A stretch of DNA of 64,000 nucleotides, taken from contig CAVRGP010000006.1 in assembly GCA_963720755.1 (NCBI GenBank), positions 96,001-160,000 on the forward strand, given 5' to 3'. Below, in pieces: positions 10,636 to 20,385 of this stretch (its first letter is position 1; the number at the start of each line of letters is the position of its first letter). The notes beneath the pieces were generated by a model. The model was given only the letters and a program-made list of their open reading frames with translations, was not told where the DNA came from and made no database searches. The stretch comes from an uncultured Chloroflexia bacterium. GTDB taxonomy: Bacteria > Chloroflexota > Limnocylindria > Limnocylindrales > CSP1-4. Position numbers and translations under genes: made by a program.

Positions 10636-12252
10636 ATGACCGTCCTGCGCAGCCGGCTCGACCCTGCCACCACCGAGACGCGCGCGAATCACGATGCGAT
10701 GGCGTCGCTCGTCGACGACCTGCGGGCGCGCCAGGCCGCCGTGTCCGAACGTGGCGCGGGCGGCGACGACCGCTCGATCGCACGGCATCGCGAGCGCGGC
10801 AAGCTACCCGTCCGCGAACGGATCGAGCGACTGATCGACCCGGGCTCCGCCTTCCTCGAGCTGTCCCCGCTGGCCGCGACCGGTCTCTATGACGACGACG
10901 CGCCCGGCGCGGGGATCGTCACGGGCGTGGGCCGGGTCGAGGGCACGACGTGCGTGATCGTGGCCAACGACGCGACCGTCAAGGGCGGCACCTACTACCC
11001 GATGACCGTCAAGAAGCACCTCCGGGCGCAGGAGATCGCCCTCGAGAACCAGCTCCCGTGCATCTATCTCGTCGACAGCGGCGGGGCGTTCCTGCCGCTG
11101 CAGGCCGACGTCTTTCCCGATCGCGACCACTTCGGCCGGATCTTCTACAACCAGGCTCGGATGTCCGCGGCCGGGATCCCCCAGGTCGCGCTGGTCATGG
11201 GTTCGTGCACGGCCGGCGGCGCCTACGTTCCGGCGATGAGCGACGAGACCGTCATCGTCAAAGGGACCGGCACGATCTTCCTCGGCGGCCCGCCGCTGGT
11301 GAAGGCCGCCACCGGGGAAGAGGTGACGCCGGAGGACCTGGGGGGCGCCGAGGTTCACACCCGCCGCTCGGGCGTGGCCGATCACGAGGCTCTCGACGAC
11401 GACCATGCGCTGGCCCTCGGACGCTCGATCGTCGCCAACCTCAATCGGAAACCGCCCGCCGCACCATGGGACCGACGGGCGCCGGAGCCTCCGGCGGTGG
11501 TTCCAGCCGGCGACGACCGTGCCGCGTCGCTCTACGCGGCCGTGTCGCTCGACGCGCGTCGACCCATCCCGGTGCGCGAACTGATCGCTCGACTCGTCGA
11601 CGGCAGCCGGTTCCACGACTTCAAACCGCTCTACGGGGAAACGCTCGTGACCGGGTTCGCGCACATCGATGGCTATCCGGTCGCCATCCTGGCCAACGAC
11701 GGGATCCTGTTCAGCCAGTCCGCCCTCAAGGGCGCCCACTTCATCGAACTCGCCTGCCAGCGGCGGATCCCACTCGTCTTCCTCCAGAACATCACGGGGT
11801 TCATGGTCGGGCGCGAGTACGAAGAGGCGGGGATCGCCAAGGATGGGGCCAAGCTGGTCACCGCGGTCGCCTCGGCCGAGGTGCCCAAGTTCACCGTCCT
11901 CATCGGCGGGTCGTTCGGGGCCGGGAACTACGCCATGGCCGGCCGGGCGTACCAGCCGCGGTTCCTGTGGTCGTGGCCCAACAGCCGGATCTCGGTGATG
12001 GGCGGCCCCCAGGCCGCACGCGTCCTGTCCACGGTCCGCGGCGGGTTCGCGTCGGACGGCGAACGCGATTCCTTCGAGGCACCCATCCTCGAGACGTACG
12101 AACGCGAAGGGTCGCCGTACTTCGCGACGGCCCGGCTGTGGGATGACGGGGTCATCGATCCACTCGATACCCGGCGGATCCTGTCGATGGGCATCGAGTC
12201 CGCGCTCCATGCCCCGATCCCCGAGACGCGCTTCGGCGTGTTCCGGATGTGA
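10636..12252 (+). CDS. Methylcrotonoyl-CoA carboxylase, carboxyltransferase (beta) subunit
   Basis: '[26 protein letters not shown]', '[15 protein letters not shown]', C-terminal 'FGVFRM'. Confidence 0.93.
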   Translation: MTVLRSRLDPATTETRANHDAMASLVDDLRARQAAVSERGAGGDDRSIARHRERGKLPVRERIERLIDPGSAFLELSPLAATGLYDDDAPGAGIVTGVGRVEGTTCVIVANDATVKGGTYYPMTVKKHLRAQEIALENQLPCIYLVDSGGAFLPLQADVFPDRDHFGRIFYNQARMSAAGIPQVALVMGSCTAGGAYVPAMSDETVIVKGTGTIFLGGPPLVKAATGEEVTPEDLGGAEVHTRRSGVADHEALDDDHALALGRSIVANLNRKPPAAPWDRRAPEPPAVVPAGDDRAASLYAAVSLDARRPIPVRELIARLVDGSRFHDFKPLYGETLVTGFAHIDGYPVAILANDGILFSQSALKGAHFIELACQRRIPLVFLQNITGFMVGREYEEAGIAKDGAKLVTAVASAEVPKFTVLIGGSFGAGNYAMAGRAYQPRFLWSWPNSRISVMGGPQAARVLSTVRGGFASDGERDSFEAPILETYEREGSPYFATARLWDDGVIDPLDTRRILSMGIESALHAPIPETRFGVFRM

Positions 12253-13019
12253 CCGCGCTTCGAGCGGCTCGGTTCTCGATCGCGCCGGTCCGAAGTCTCG
12301 GTCTCGAGCATCCGAGCGAGATCGATGTCACCAGCGTCGGCGTCCTGGAGGATCGCCGGTTCTTCCTTGCCGATGACGCCGGCCGGCTGGTCGACCGGCT
12401 CGTCATCCCGGGGCTGGTGCAGATCGAGGCCCATACCGATCCAGACGGGCGCCAGCTTCGACTGACCTTTCCCGACCACGAAACGGTCGACGGGGACGTC
12501 CAGCTGGGAGATCCCGTCGAGGTTCCCATCCATGGCCGGACCGGGGTCGGGCACATCGTCGTGGGGCCCTGGGCCGAGCCGCTCTCCGCGTTCGCCAAGC
12601 GGACGATCCGACTCATCCGCTGCGACCGGCCAGGCGGCACCCGCGATGGCAACCCAACCAGCCTCGTGACCGACGGTTCGATCGAGGAATTCGTCCGCCA
12701 CAGCGGTGTCGATCGGGTGGATGCCCGACGGTTCCGGATGCTTATCGAACTCGAAGGCGGCGCACCCCGGGAGGAGGACTCCTGGATCGGACGCTCCATC
12801 TCGATCGGTGACGCCATCCTCGCCGTCACCAGGCCAGACGCCCGGTGCGCGATCACGACCCAGGACCCGGACACCGGCGAACGGGACCTGGACACGCTCC
12901 GAACGCTCATCGCCTACCGCGGCCTGCGCGATGGGAAGCACGCTGACTTCGGCGTGCTCGCGGACGTGGCGAAGCCCGGGCGCATCCGGCTCGGCGACGA
13001 GGTCGCCGTTCTCGACTAG
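12249..13019 (+). CDS. MOSC domain protein
   Basis: 'DRRFFL', 'DARRFRM', '[14 protein letters not shown]', 'FGV...PGRIRLGD'. Confidence 0.88.
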   Translation: MTALRAARFSIAPVRSLGLEHPSEIDVTSVGVLEDRRFFLADDAGRLVDRLVIPGLVQIEAHTDPDGRQLRLTFPDHETVDGDVQLGDPVEVPIHGRTGVGHIVVGPWAEPLSAFAKRTIRLIRCDRPGGTRDGNPTSLVTDGSIEEFVRHSGVDRVDARRFRMLIELEGGAPREEDSWIGRSISIGDAILAVTRPDARCAITTQDPDTGERDLDTLRTLIAYRGLRDGKHADFGVLADVAKPGRIRLGDEVAVLD

Positions 13020-13492
13020 GAAGGGACCGGGGCGCTCGCGAACCGGCGGACCGTCACCACCCACACGGCTGCGCCCACGGCCACGAGCGGGGCGATGGCG
13101 ACCGCGGCGGACTCACCCGCCCGCAACACCGGGCCGGCCAGATCGGCTCCGAGCAGCGCCCCGAACACGAACGCGCCGATGACCAGCGAGGTCACGGCCG
13201 CCACGGGACCCCCAAGACCGAAGGCGACGCCCGCGACGACCGCGTCGATCCGTGAGCCGATGGTCGTCGGGGCGAGTCCGGCGCCCAGGAGCGCGACACC
13301 CGGGAGCCCGAGCGCAACCACGATCATGGCGATGTCCCGCGGAACCTTGTCGTCCATCGGGGCCAGGGCACCGAGCGGCAGGTAGACGATCGCGGCCAGC
13401 AACGCCCCGCGCCGGGCAGCGCGGATCATCGTCAGCCGGCGACCGGTCTCGTCGGGCCGCCAGTTCGGCGACCACGGGTTGTCGGGTCCCAT
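13016..13492 (-). CDS. Hypothetical membrane protein
   Basis: Four hydrophobic helices; TAGGCT -10-like box 6 nt upstream of the ATG. Confidence 0.6.
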   Translation of the reverse strand: MGPDNPWSPNWRPDETGRRLTMIRAARRGALLAAIVYLPLGALAPMDDKVPRDIAMIVVALGLPGVALLGAGLAPTTIGSRIDAVVAGVAFGLGGPVAAVTSLVIGAFVFGALLGADLAGPVLRAGESAAVAIAPLVAVGAAVWVVTVRRFASAPVPS

Positions 13493-13560
13493 CGAGGCAG
13501 CCTACGGCCGGGCGGGTCGACCCGGTAGGGGTACGTCCGGCTGGTACCTGGGGCGACCCA

Positions 13561-14307
13561 CTACGGCTCGACGATCCAGTGGCAACCGAGCAGGTCCGCT
13601 TCGTGCGCCTCCCGGCCGGGGACGGCGAGCCGGATGGTGACATCCGGGGCTCCGACGCGTGGACGCGGCCGGATCCGCACGATCTGCGGGCCGATATCGG
13701 CGTCGCGGGCGCCGCGCCCGAGCAGCGACGGGCGGAACCGCAGATCGAGCGTCGAGAGGAAACGCAAGGTCGTTCGGGCGACGTCATCGACGGCGAGTTC
13801 GATCGCCGTGAGTCGGGCCCGGTCGGCCGATCGGGCTGCGCGCTCCTCCGGGGTCCACTCGGCGCTCGCCACGTCGTGCTCGATGACGAATGGCGGGAGA
13901 TCCGGGCCGAGGGCCGGCGGCGCGGCCAGGCGCCACCGGACGACGCGGCCATCTGGACGGATCCGCTCGCCGGTCTCCGCCGCGGAGACGTCGGAGCCAG
14001 CCGCCCGAAGACGGTCGACATCGGCCTCGATGGCATCGGATGCCAGTGCCCAGGTCGCCAGTCCGCCGCCGTCCTCGAGGGCGCGTAACGTCGGTCGCCC
14101 GACCCACGAGGCCCGCGCCAGCTCGGGATCGAACACGCCGATCAGTTCCAGGTAGGAATCGCCCAGCCAGATGAGACGGTTGAACGTGCCAAGGCGGTCG
14201 TGGCGTCCGCCGCCGCCTGCCGTCAGGCCGAGCTCCGCTGCCAGGGCATCGACGGCCGCGTCGGGATCCGGGACGGCGACCACCAGGTGGTCGATGCCGG
14301 TAAACAT
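13561..14307 (-). CDS. VOC/glyoxalase-like protein
   Basis: 'IDHLVVAV', 'GGRHDRLGTFNRLI..GDSYLELI', 'RPDG..VRW', 'PFVIEH'. Confidence 0.85.
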   Translation of the reverse strand: MFTGIDHLVVAVPDPDAAVDALAAELGLTAGGGGRHDRLGTFNRLIWLGDSYLELIGVFDPELARASWVGRPTLRALEDGGGLATWALASDAIEADVDRLRAAGSDVSAAETGERIRPDGRVVRWRLAAPPALGPDLPPFVIEHDVASAEWTPEERAARSADRARLTAIELAVDDVARTTLRFLSTLDLRFRPSLLGRGARDADIGPQIVRIRPRPRVGAPDVTIRLAVPGREAHEADLLGCHWIVEP

Positions 14308-14349
14308 GGCCAGAGCGTAGCGGGTCGAGTGGGTCGCTAGGATTGGCCG

Positions 14350-15174
14350 GTGAGCGGTATCGCGGAAGAGCACCTGCGGGTCGAGCGAACCGGGCCGTCC
14401 GGCGTGGTCGCCCGGGTGACCCTGGCCCGTCCTGCGGTCCACAACGCCTTCGATGCGACCCTGATCGCCGAGCTGCGCGCGACGTTCACGAGGCTGGCCC
14501 GCGAGGAACCAGCCGACCTGCGGGTGGTCGTGCTCGCCGGGGATGGTCCGTCGTTCTGCGCCGGCGCCGACCTCGGATGGATGCGCACGGCCATGGCACT
14601 CGAGATCGAGGCGAACGAGCAGGACGCGATGGCCATGGCCGACATGTTCGAGACCATCGACACCTGCCCGGTCCCCGTCATCGCCCGCGTCCATGGGGCG
14701 GCCCTCGGAGGTGGGATGGGCCTGTGCGCCGTCGCCGACCTGGTCATCGCCGAATCGGGCACCCGATTCGGGTTCACGGAGACGCGTCTCGGGATCCTGC
14801 CGTCGGTCATCGGCCCGTTCGTGATCGCCAAGATCGGTGAAAGCCACGCCCGGGCGCTGTTCCCGGGCGGTCGCCGATTCGATGCCACCCGGGCTGCCCG
14901 GATCGGCCTGGTCCACGAGATCGCCGAAGGCGAGGAAGCGCTGGACGCGGCGGTCGCCGGTGCGGTCGACGACATCCTGGCATCGGGTCCGACGGCCACC
15001 CGAGCGGCCAAGGCGGTCATCCGCGAGGTGCGTGGCCTCGGCCATGGTTCGGCCAAGTGGCACACCGCCCGCGTGATCGCCCGACAACGGACGACCGAGG
15101 AGGCGCAGGAGGGGTTTCGGGCCTTCACCGAGAAACGACGTCCCGCCTGGGCGCCCGACGAGCGAGATCGCTGA
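14350..15174 (+). CDS. Enoyl-CoA hydratase (methylglutaconyl-CoA hydratase, LiuC-like)
   Basis: 'HNAF', 'FCAGADLGWM', 'ALGGGMGL', 'FTETRLGILP'; context with MCC and HMG-CoA lyase. Confidence 0.88.
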   Translation: MSGIAEEHLRVERTGPSGVVARVTLARPAVHNAFDATLIAELRATFTRLAREEPADLRVVVLAGDGPSFCAGADLGWMRTAMALEIEANEQDAMAMADMFETIDTCPVPVIARVHGAALGGGMGLCAVADLVIAESGTRFGFTETRLGILPSVIGPFVIAKIGESHARALFPGGRRFDATRAARIGLVHEIAEGEEALDAAVAGAVDDILASGPTATRAAKAVIREVRGLGHGSAKWHTARVIARQRTTEEAQEGFRAFTEKRRPAWAPDERDR

Positions 15175-15181
15175 GCGCCAG

Positions 15182-15685
15182 ATGGTCGCCCCGACGATCG
15201 CCTGCGTCGGCTGTGGTGCGCTCGTCGACGACGTGGACGGGCCGACCCATCGATACCTCGGGGCGTCCGCGGGATGCTGGGCGGTGTACAGCCCGCTGAC
15301 CGTCGCGAACCTGGCCATCCCGATGCCCGAAGGCGCACTGACGGTCGATGCCTACGCCGTCCAGCATCCCGGCGTGGAAGGCCCGCAGTCCACCCCGTCC
15401 GTGTGGATCCACCTCATCACGCTCCAGCTGGTCCTGGAGGATGGGTGGCGGCCGGACCAGGCGATCCGGATCAGGAAGCTCGCAGCGGACGCGTTCGATC
15501 GATGGCCGTGGCTCGAGCCACCGAGGTCGATGGGACCGGTGACGGTCGTCGATCTCGCATCGGCCCCGGCGAGCGACGTTGCCGGTGTCGGTTGCGCCTG
15601 GGTCGACGGCGCATGGGCGGCGTGGGCGGGACACCATCAGTCCGTCCGGGCGCAGGCGGCGCGACTCGTCGCGGGACTCGACTAG
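15182..15685 (+). CDS. Hypothetical protein (DUF5946-like)
   Basis: 'C.GCGA...GPTHRY.GASAGCW', 'VDAYAVQHP', 'IHL' pattern. Confidence 0.65.
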   Translation: MVAPTIACVGCGALVDDVDGPTHRYLGASAGCWAVYSPLTVANLAIPMPEGALTVDAYAVQHPGVEGPQSTPSVWIHLITLQLVLEDGWRPDQAIRIRKLAADAFDRWPWLEPPRSMGPVTVVDLASAPASDVAGVGCAWVDGAWAAWAGHHQSVRAQAARLVAGLD

Positions 15686-15720
15686 CCGGGCGTCGTCGGC
15701 CATCCGAGTGGCGCCCATAT

Positions 15721-15747
15721 GCGGCATGTGCGACGATCGCGACATCA
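15721..15747 (+). promoter_or_regulatory. Three 9-bp imperfect direct repeats (candidate operator)
   Basis: GCGGCATGT / GCGACGATC / GCGACATCA at 15721, 15730 and 15739, directly before ATG 15748. Confidence 0.35.
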
Positions 15748-17796
15748 ATGCGCGATGAATTGAGCCCGAGCCAGGCAGCGGCGCGGATCGGCACGACGAC
15801 ACGGACGGTCCAACGGTGGATCGGGACGGGTCGACTGCCTGCGCGACGCGTCGGTGGACGCTGGCGTGTCGCGATTGACGCGATCGACGCGTTAGTGGAG
15901 ATCGCGAGCGCGGATCAATCGGCCCAAGCCCGGGCCCGGACCGATCGCGGCGTGCCGCCCCGCCCCATCCGAGCGGTCTTCATCGCCAACCGCGGTGAGA
16001 TCGTCACCCGCATCACGCGGACATGTGACCGTCTCGGGATCCGTGCGGTCGCGGCAGTGATCGATGGACCCGACGCAGTCGACCTCCTCGACATCGACGG
16101 CGTCGTGGCTGCCGCACGTCGGGCGGAAGCCGACGCGATCCATCCAGGCTTCGGGTTCCTGGCCGAGAACGCGGCGTTCGCCGAGGCCGTACAGGTCGCC
16201 GGGTTGACCTGGATCGGGCCCCCTGCGGCAGCGATCCGGGCGATGGGCGACAAGGGCGCCGCCAGGCATCTAGCGGCAAGCCTGGGCGTGCCGATCCTGC
16301 GGGGCTACGACGGCGACGATCAGACCGACGGAGCGCTGGCGACGGCGGCGGCGGCGATCGGCTATCCGATCCTGATCAAACCCTCGGCCGGCGGTGGCGG
16401 CAAGGGGATGCGCGTGGTCCGGGAGGCCGGCCGGCTCGGCGACGCGCTCGACGCCGCCCGTCGCGAGGCGTCGAGCGCATTCGGCGACGAGCGGCTCATC
16501 CTCGAGCGGCTCGTCGAAGGGGCCCGTCACGTCGAGATCCAGGTCCTGTTCGACGCACACGGCACCGGGATCCAGCTGGGTGATCGCGATTGCTCGATCC
16601 AGCGGCGACATCAGAAGATCCTCGAGGAGTCCCCCTCGCCGGCCGTCGGGGCACCGCTCCGGGAGCAACTCGGCGAGGCAGCGGTCCGTCTCGCCGGTGC
16701 CGTCGGCTATGTCGGTGCCGGGACCTGCGAGTTCCTGGTGGATGACCACGGCGAGCCAGCGTTCCTCGAGATGAACACGCGCCTCCAGGTCGAGCACCCG
16801 GTGACCGAGCTCGTGACCGGCCGCGATCTGGTCGCCGACCAGCTGTGGATCGCCGCCGGCGGCCGACTCGACGATCCGGCGCACGGGATGGGCGGCCACG
16901 GGATCCCGGGCGGGCACGCGATCGAGGTGCGCCTGTACGCGGAGGACGCCGAGGATGGCTTCCTGCCGGCGACCGGAAGGGTCGAGGCGTTGGGCTGGCC
17001 CGTCGGCGACGGTGTCCGGGTCGATCCCGGGATCGAACTCGGCACGGAGATCGGCGGGCGCTTCGATCCGATGCTCGCGAAGATCATCGCCTGGGGGCAG
17101 GATCGGGCAACGGCCCTGGAACGCCTCACCTCCGCGCTCGACGACACGCTCGTCCTCGGGATCGTGACCAACCTCCGATTCCTCAGGTGGCTCGTTCGTG
17201 AGCCGGTCGTGCGATCTGGTCAGACCCGGATCGACACGCTCGATCGCATCTGGCCCCCCGACGACTGGGCCGAGCGCGTCGCGATCCCCGAGGACGCGTG
17301 GCGTGAGGCGGCGACGATCGTCGCATCCGACGGCCCCGGCGATCCCTGGGCGGGCGGCTGGCGGCTCAATGCGGCACCATCGGTCCGCCTGGCGACCGGC
17401 GGTCTCGTCCGATCCGTCCCTGCCACGGGTCGGGTCGACGCCTGCGCCGCCGTCCGTGTCGGCGCGACCGTCCACCTGGACCTCGCCGGACGAAGCACGC
17501 CCTTCACGGTCCCACCGCCGCCCGACGTCGACATCACGGCCCGGGCGGCGATCGCGCACGGCGTGGTCGGCTCGGGCGGGCCTGTCGAGCTGATCGCACC
17601 GATGCCGGGCGCGGTCCTGCGCGTCCATGCCGGTCTCGGGTCGATGGTCGAGATCGGTGACCCGGTGGTCACGCTCGAAGCCATGAAGATGGAGCACGTC
17701 GTGGCCGCACCGTCGCCCGGTCGTGTCACGGAGATCGGCGTCCACCCGGGTGACCAGGTCACTCGCGGGCAGTCACTGGCGATCATCGAGCCCTGA
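15748..17796 (+). CDS. Xis/MerR-like HTH fused to biotin carboxylase-BCCP (MCC alpha-like)
   Basis: N-terminal 'LSPSQAAARIGTTTRTVQRWIGTGRLPARRVGGRWRV'; then 'IANRGEI', 'HPGFGFLAEN', 'GGGGKGMR', 'DCSIQRRHQK', 'EMNTRLQVEHPVTE'; BCCP 'EAMKME'. Confidence 0.9.
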   Translation: MRDELSPSQAAARIGTTTRTVQRWIGTGRLPARRVGGRWRVAIDAIDALVEIASADQSAQARARTDRGVPPRPIRAVFIANRGEIVTRITRTCDRLGIRAVAAVIDGPDAVDLLDIDGVVAAARRAEADAIHPGFGFLAENAAFAEAVQVAGLTWIGPPAAAIRAMGDKGAARHLAASLGVPILRGYDGDDQTDGALATAAAAIGYPILIKPSAGGGGKGMRVVREAGRLGDALDAARREASSAFGDERLILERLVEGARHVEIQVLFDAHGTGIQLGDRDCSIQRRHQKILEESPSPAVGAPLREQLGEAAVRLAGAVGYVGAGTCEFLVDDHGEPAFLEMNTRLQVEHPVTELVTGRDLVADQLWIAAGGRLDDPAHGMGGHGIPGGHAIEVRLYAEDAEDGFLPATGRVEALGWPVGDGVRVDPGIELGTEIGGRFDPMLAKIIAWGQDRATALERLTSALDDTLVLGIVTNLRFLRWLVREPVVRSGQTRIDTLDRIWPPDDWAERVAIPEDAWREAATIVASDGPGDPWAGGWRLNAAPSVRLATGGLVRSVPATGRVDACAAVRVGATVHLDLAGRSTPFTVPPPPDVDITARAAIAHGVVGSGGPVELIAPMPGAVLRVHAGLGSMVEIGDPVVTLEAMKMEHVVAAPSPGRVTEIGVHPGDQVTRGQSLAIIEP

Positions 17797-17844
17797 CGAC
17801 ACACATTCAGGTACGCTCCCGTACATCCGATCCCCGAGGAGCCG

Positions 17845-18042
17845 ATGGACAAGCACGAAACGGCGCCGATACCCCTGCCACAGACCCGAGTCGAACTACT
17901 CGCCCTCCACCGCGAGACGCGTCGTCGCCGGAATGCGGCGGCGCACGGTAGTCCGGACCATGTCGCGGCGATCGACCTGCTCGGCCGGATCGAGGTCGAG
18001 GTCGCCCGTCTCGAGCGGGCGATGGACCCGCCGCTCGTCTGA
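17845..18042 (+). CDS. Small hypothetical helical protein (65 aa)
   Basis: GAGGAG SD before the ATG, typical codon use, fills the gap. Confidence 0.65.
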   Translation: MDKHETAPIPLPQTRVELLALHRETRRRRNAAAHGSPDHVAAIDLLGRIEVEVARLERAMDPPLV

Positions 18043-18072
18043 TCCGACCCGGCGACCCCGACTGACACTGCC

Positions 18073-18996
18073 ATGACCGAACACGTCCGCGTCTACGAGG
18101 TCGGTCCACGCGACGGTCTCCAGAACGAGGCGACGCCGATCCCGACGGCGGTCAAGGCCCGGTTCATCGAGCTGCTGGCCCGGGCCGGTCTGCGCGAGAT
18201 CGAAGCGACGAGCTTCGTGTCCCCCAGCGCGATCCCGCAGCTTGCCGACGCCGACGCCCTGCTGGCCGGCCTGGACCGCACGACGGGCGTCCGCTATCCC
18301 GTCCTTGTCCCGAATCTTCGTGGCCTCGCGCGAGCCGAGACGGCCGGCGCCGATGCGGTCGCGGTCTTCACCGCGGCGACCGATGCCTTCACGGCCAGGA
18401 ACATCGGGATGACCGTGACGGAATCGCTGGCGGCCTTCGCGCCGGTCCTGGATCGGGCCAGCGAGCTCGGCTGGTGGCGCCGTGGCTACGTGTCGACCGC
18501 GTTCGGCTGCCCGTACACAGGAGGGGTGCCTCCGGATCGGGCCGTCGAGGTCGCCCTGCAACTCCTCGAACTCGGTGTCGACGAAGTCTGCTTCGGCGAC
18601 ACCATCGGGGTCGGCGTGCCGGGCCAGGTCGCGGCGTTGACCGGTCTGGCCGTCGAAGCGGGACTTCGACTCGACCAGATGGCATTCCACTTCCACGACA
18701 CGCGGGGGACGGCTCTGGCCAATGTCGCCGCCGGATTGGACGCGGGCGTCCGTTGCTTCGACTCGTCGGCCGGCGGCACGGGTGGCTGCCCCTATGCGCC
18801 GGGCGCGGCCGGGAACCTCGCGACGGAGGACCTCGTGTACTTCCTCGATGCGTCCGGCTGGGAGTCAGGGGTCGCCCTTGACGGCGTGCTGGCAGCCGCG
18901 CGATTCATCGCCGATGCACTCGGGCGGCCGCTGACGACCAAGGTCGGGCAGGCCGGCGGGTGGGATCCGACGACCGGCAAGGCGACGTTCCGGTGA
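18073..18996 (+). CDS. Hydroxymethylglutaryl-CoA lyase
   Basis: 'EVGPRDGLQNE', 'HFHDTRG', 'GGCPYAPGAAGNLATED'. Confidence 0.95.
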   Translation: MTEHVRVYEVGPRDGLQNEATPIPTAVKARFIELLARAGLREIEATSFVSPSAIPQLADADALLAGLDRTTGVRYPVLVPNLRGLARAETAGADAVAVFTAATDAFTARNIGMTVTESLAAFAPVLDRASELGWWRRGYVSTAFGCPYTGGVPPDRAVEVALQLLELGVDEVCFGDTIGVGVPGQVAALTGLAVEAGLRLDQMAFHFHDTRGTALANVAAGLDAGVRCFDSSAGGTGGCPYAPGAAGNLATEDLVYFLDASGWESGVALDGVLAAARFIADALGRPLTTKVGQAGGWDPTTGKATFR

Positions 18997-20348
18997 CCGA
19001 CACCCGCACTGGCCGGGTCGACGCTGGTCGATCGCTCCGAACGATCGCGCCCCGCAGCACGCATGCCGCCTGGCGACCCGATCCCGACCGGCGTGACCCG
19101 ATCGCCATCCTTGAGGAGACGGCGACCACGCGCGTACCGGAACTCGTCCCGTTCCGGTATGGGCGGATGGCGACTTCGCCGTTCGCCTTCCTGCGCGGCG
19201 CCGCCGCGGTCATGGCCGCCGACCTCGCTGCCACCCCGATGACCGGCCTCCGGGTCCAGGCGTGCGGCGACGCGCACGTCGCGAACTTCGGCCAATTCAA
19301 GACCCCGGAACGGCGCCACGTGTTCGACATCAACGACTTCGACGAGACCCTGCCGGGCGCCTGGGAATGGGACGTGAAGCGGCTCGCCGCCAGTATCGAC
19401 CTCGTGGCTCGGATCCGGATCGACGACCCGGCGGTCCGACGGGACATGGTCGCCTTCGTAGTGCGCAGCTACCGGGAGCGATTGCGCAGCTTCGCCCAGC
19501 TTCGCGTCCTCGACCTCTGGCATGCCCGGATCGGCATCGACGACGTCCTCGCCCATTTCCCGGCCCGCTATCGCCCGCTCGTCGAGCGCGATCTGGCTCG
19601 CTCCCGGGCACGGAACCATGGACGCGCCATCGAGAAGCTCACCAGGCGCGTCGGCGACCACCGACACTTCATCGAGAACCCACCGCTCATCGTCCGTCTC
19701 GAGCGGACGGGATTCGACATGGACGAGGCGCTCGGGCTCCTCGAGAGTTATCGCGCCTCGCTGACGGACGATCAGCGCGCCCTCCTCGATCGGTTCGAGC
19801 TCGTCGAGGTGGCCCGCAAGACGGTCGGGGTCGGGAGTGTCGGGACTCGCTGCTGGGTCGCCCTGTTCGAAGGTCCCGACCACCCGCGCGGCGATGCGAT
19901 CGTCCTGCAGGTCAAGGAGGCCGGACCATCGGTCCTCGAGCCCTATCTCGGGCGGGCGACCCTCCCCCACCACGGCCAGCGCGTCGTGGTGGGGCAGCGG
20001 TTGACCCAGTCCGCCAGCGATGGATTCCTCGGCTGGGCGACCGGGCCAACCTCGGGCCGTCACTACTACGTTCGCCAGCTCTGGGACGCCAAGGGCCAGG
20101 GCGACACCGAGACGATGGACCGCTCGAACCTGACCCACTACGGCGCGTTGTGCGCCTGGGCTCTGGCTCGCGCCCATGCGCGCACCGGTGACGCCGTGGC
20201 GATCACCGCCTACATGGGCCGCGGGCAGACCTTCGACCGGGCGATCGCCGAGTTCGCGTCGCGCTACGCCGACCAGAGCGAACGGGATCATGCGGCACTC
20301 GTGGACGCCATCCGTGACGGCCGGATCGAAGCACGGACGGATCCGTGA
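18993..20348 (+). CDS. DUF2252 family protein (kinase-like)
   Basis: 'RYGRM..SPFAFLRGAA', 'CGDAHVANFG', 'FDINDFDE', 'GVGSVGTR', 'LQVKEA'. Confidence 0.88.
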   Translation: MTDTRTGRVDAGRSLRTIAPRSTHAAWRPDPDRRDPIAILEETATTRVPELVPFRYGRMATSPFAFLRGAAAVMAADLAATPMTGLRVQACGDAHVANFGQFKTPERRHVFDINDFDETLPGAWEWDVKRLAASIDLVARIRIDDPAVRRDMVAFVVRSYRERLRSFAQLRVLDLWHARIGIDDVLAHFPARYRPLVERDLARSRARNHGRAIEKLTRRVGDHRHFIENPPLIVRLERTGFDMDEALGLLESYRASLTDDQRALLDRFELVEVARKTVGVGSVGTRCWVALFEGPDHPRGDAIVLQVKEAGPSVLEPYLGRATLPHHGQRVVVGQRLTQSASDGFLGWATGPTSGRHYYVRQLWDAKGQGDTETMDRSNLTHYGALCAWALARAHARTGDAVAITAYMGRGQTFDRAIAEFASRYADQSERDHAALVDAIRDGRIEARTDP

Positions 20349-20385
20349 GCCGCACGATCCGGACGTTCTGCTATCGTCCGGCGAA

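Noticed and set aside
15274-15747. N-terminal 158 aa of the 840-aa ORF (likewise long N-extensions on the MBL, VOC, pdxT, TadE and tdh ORFs)
   Set aside because: These extensions overlap neighbouring real genes; homology and upstream signals support later starts
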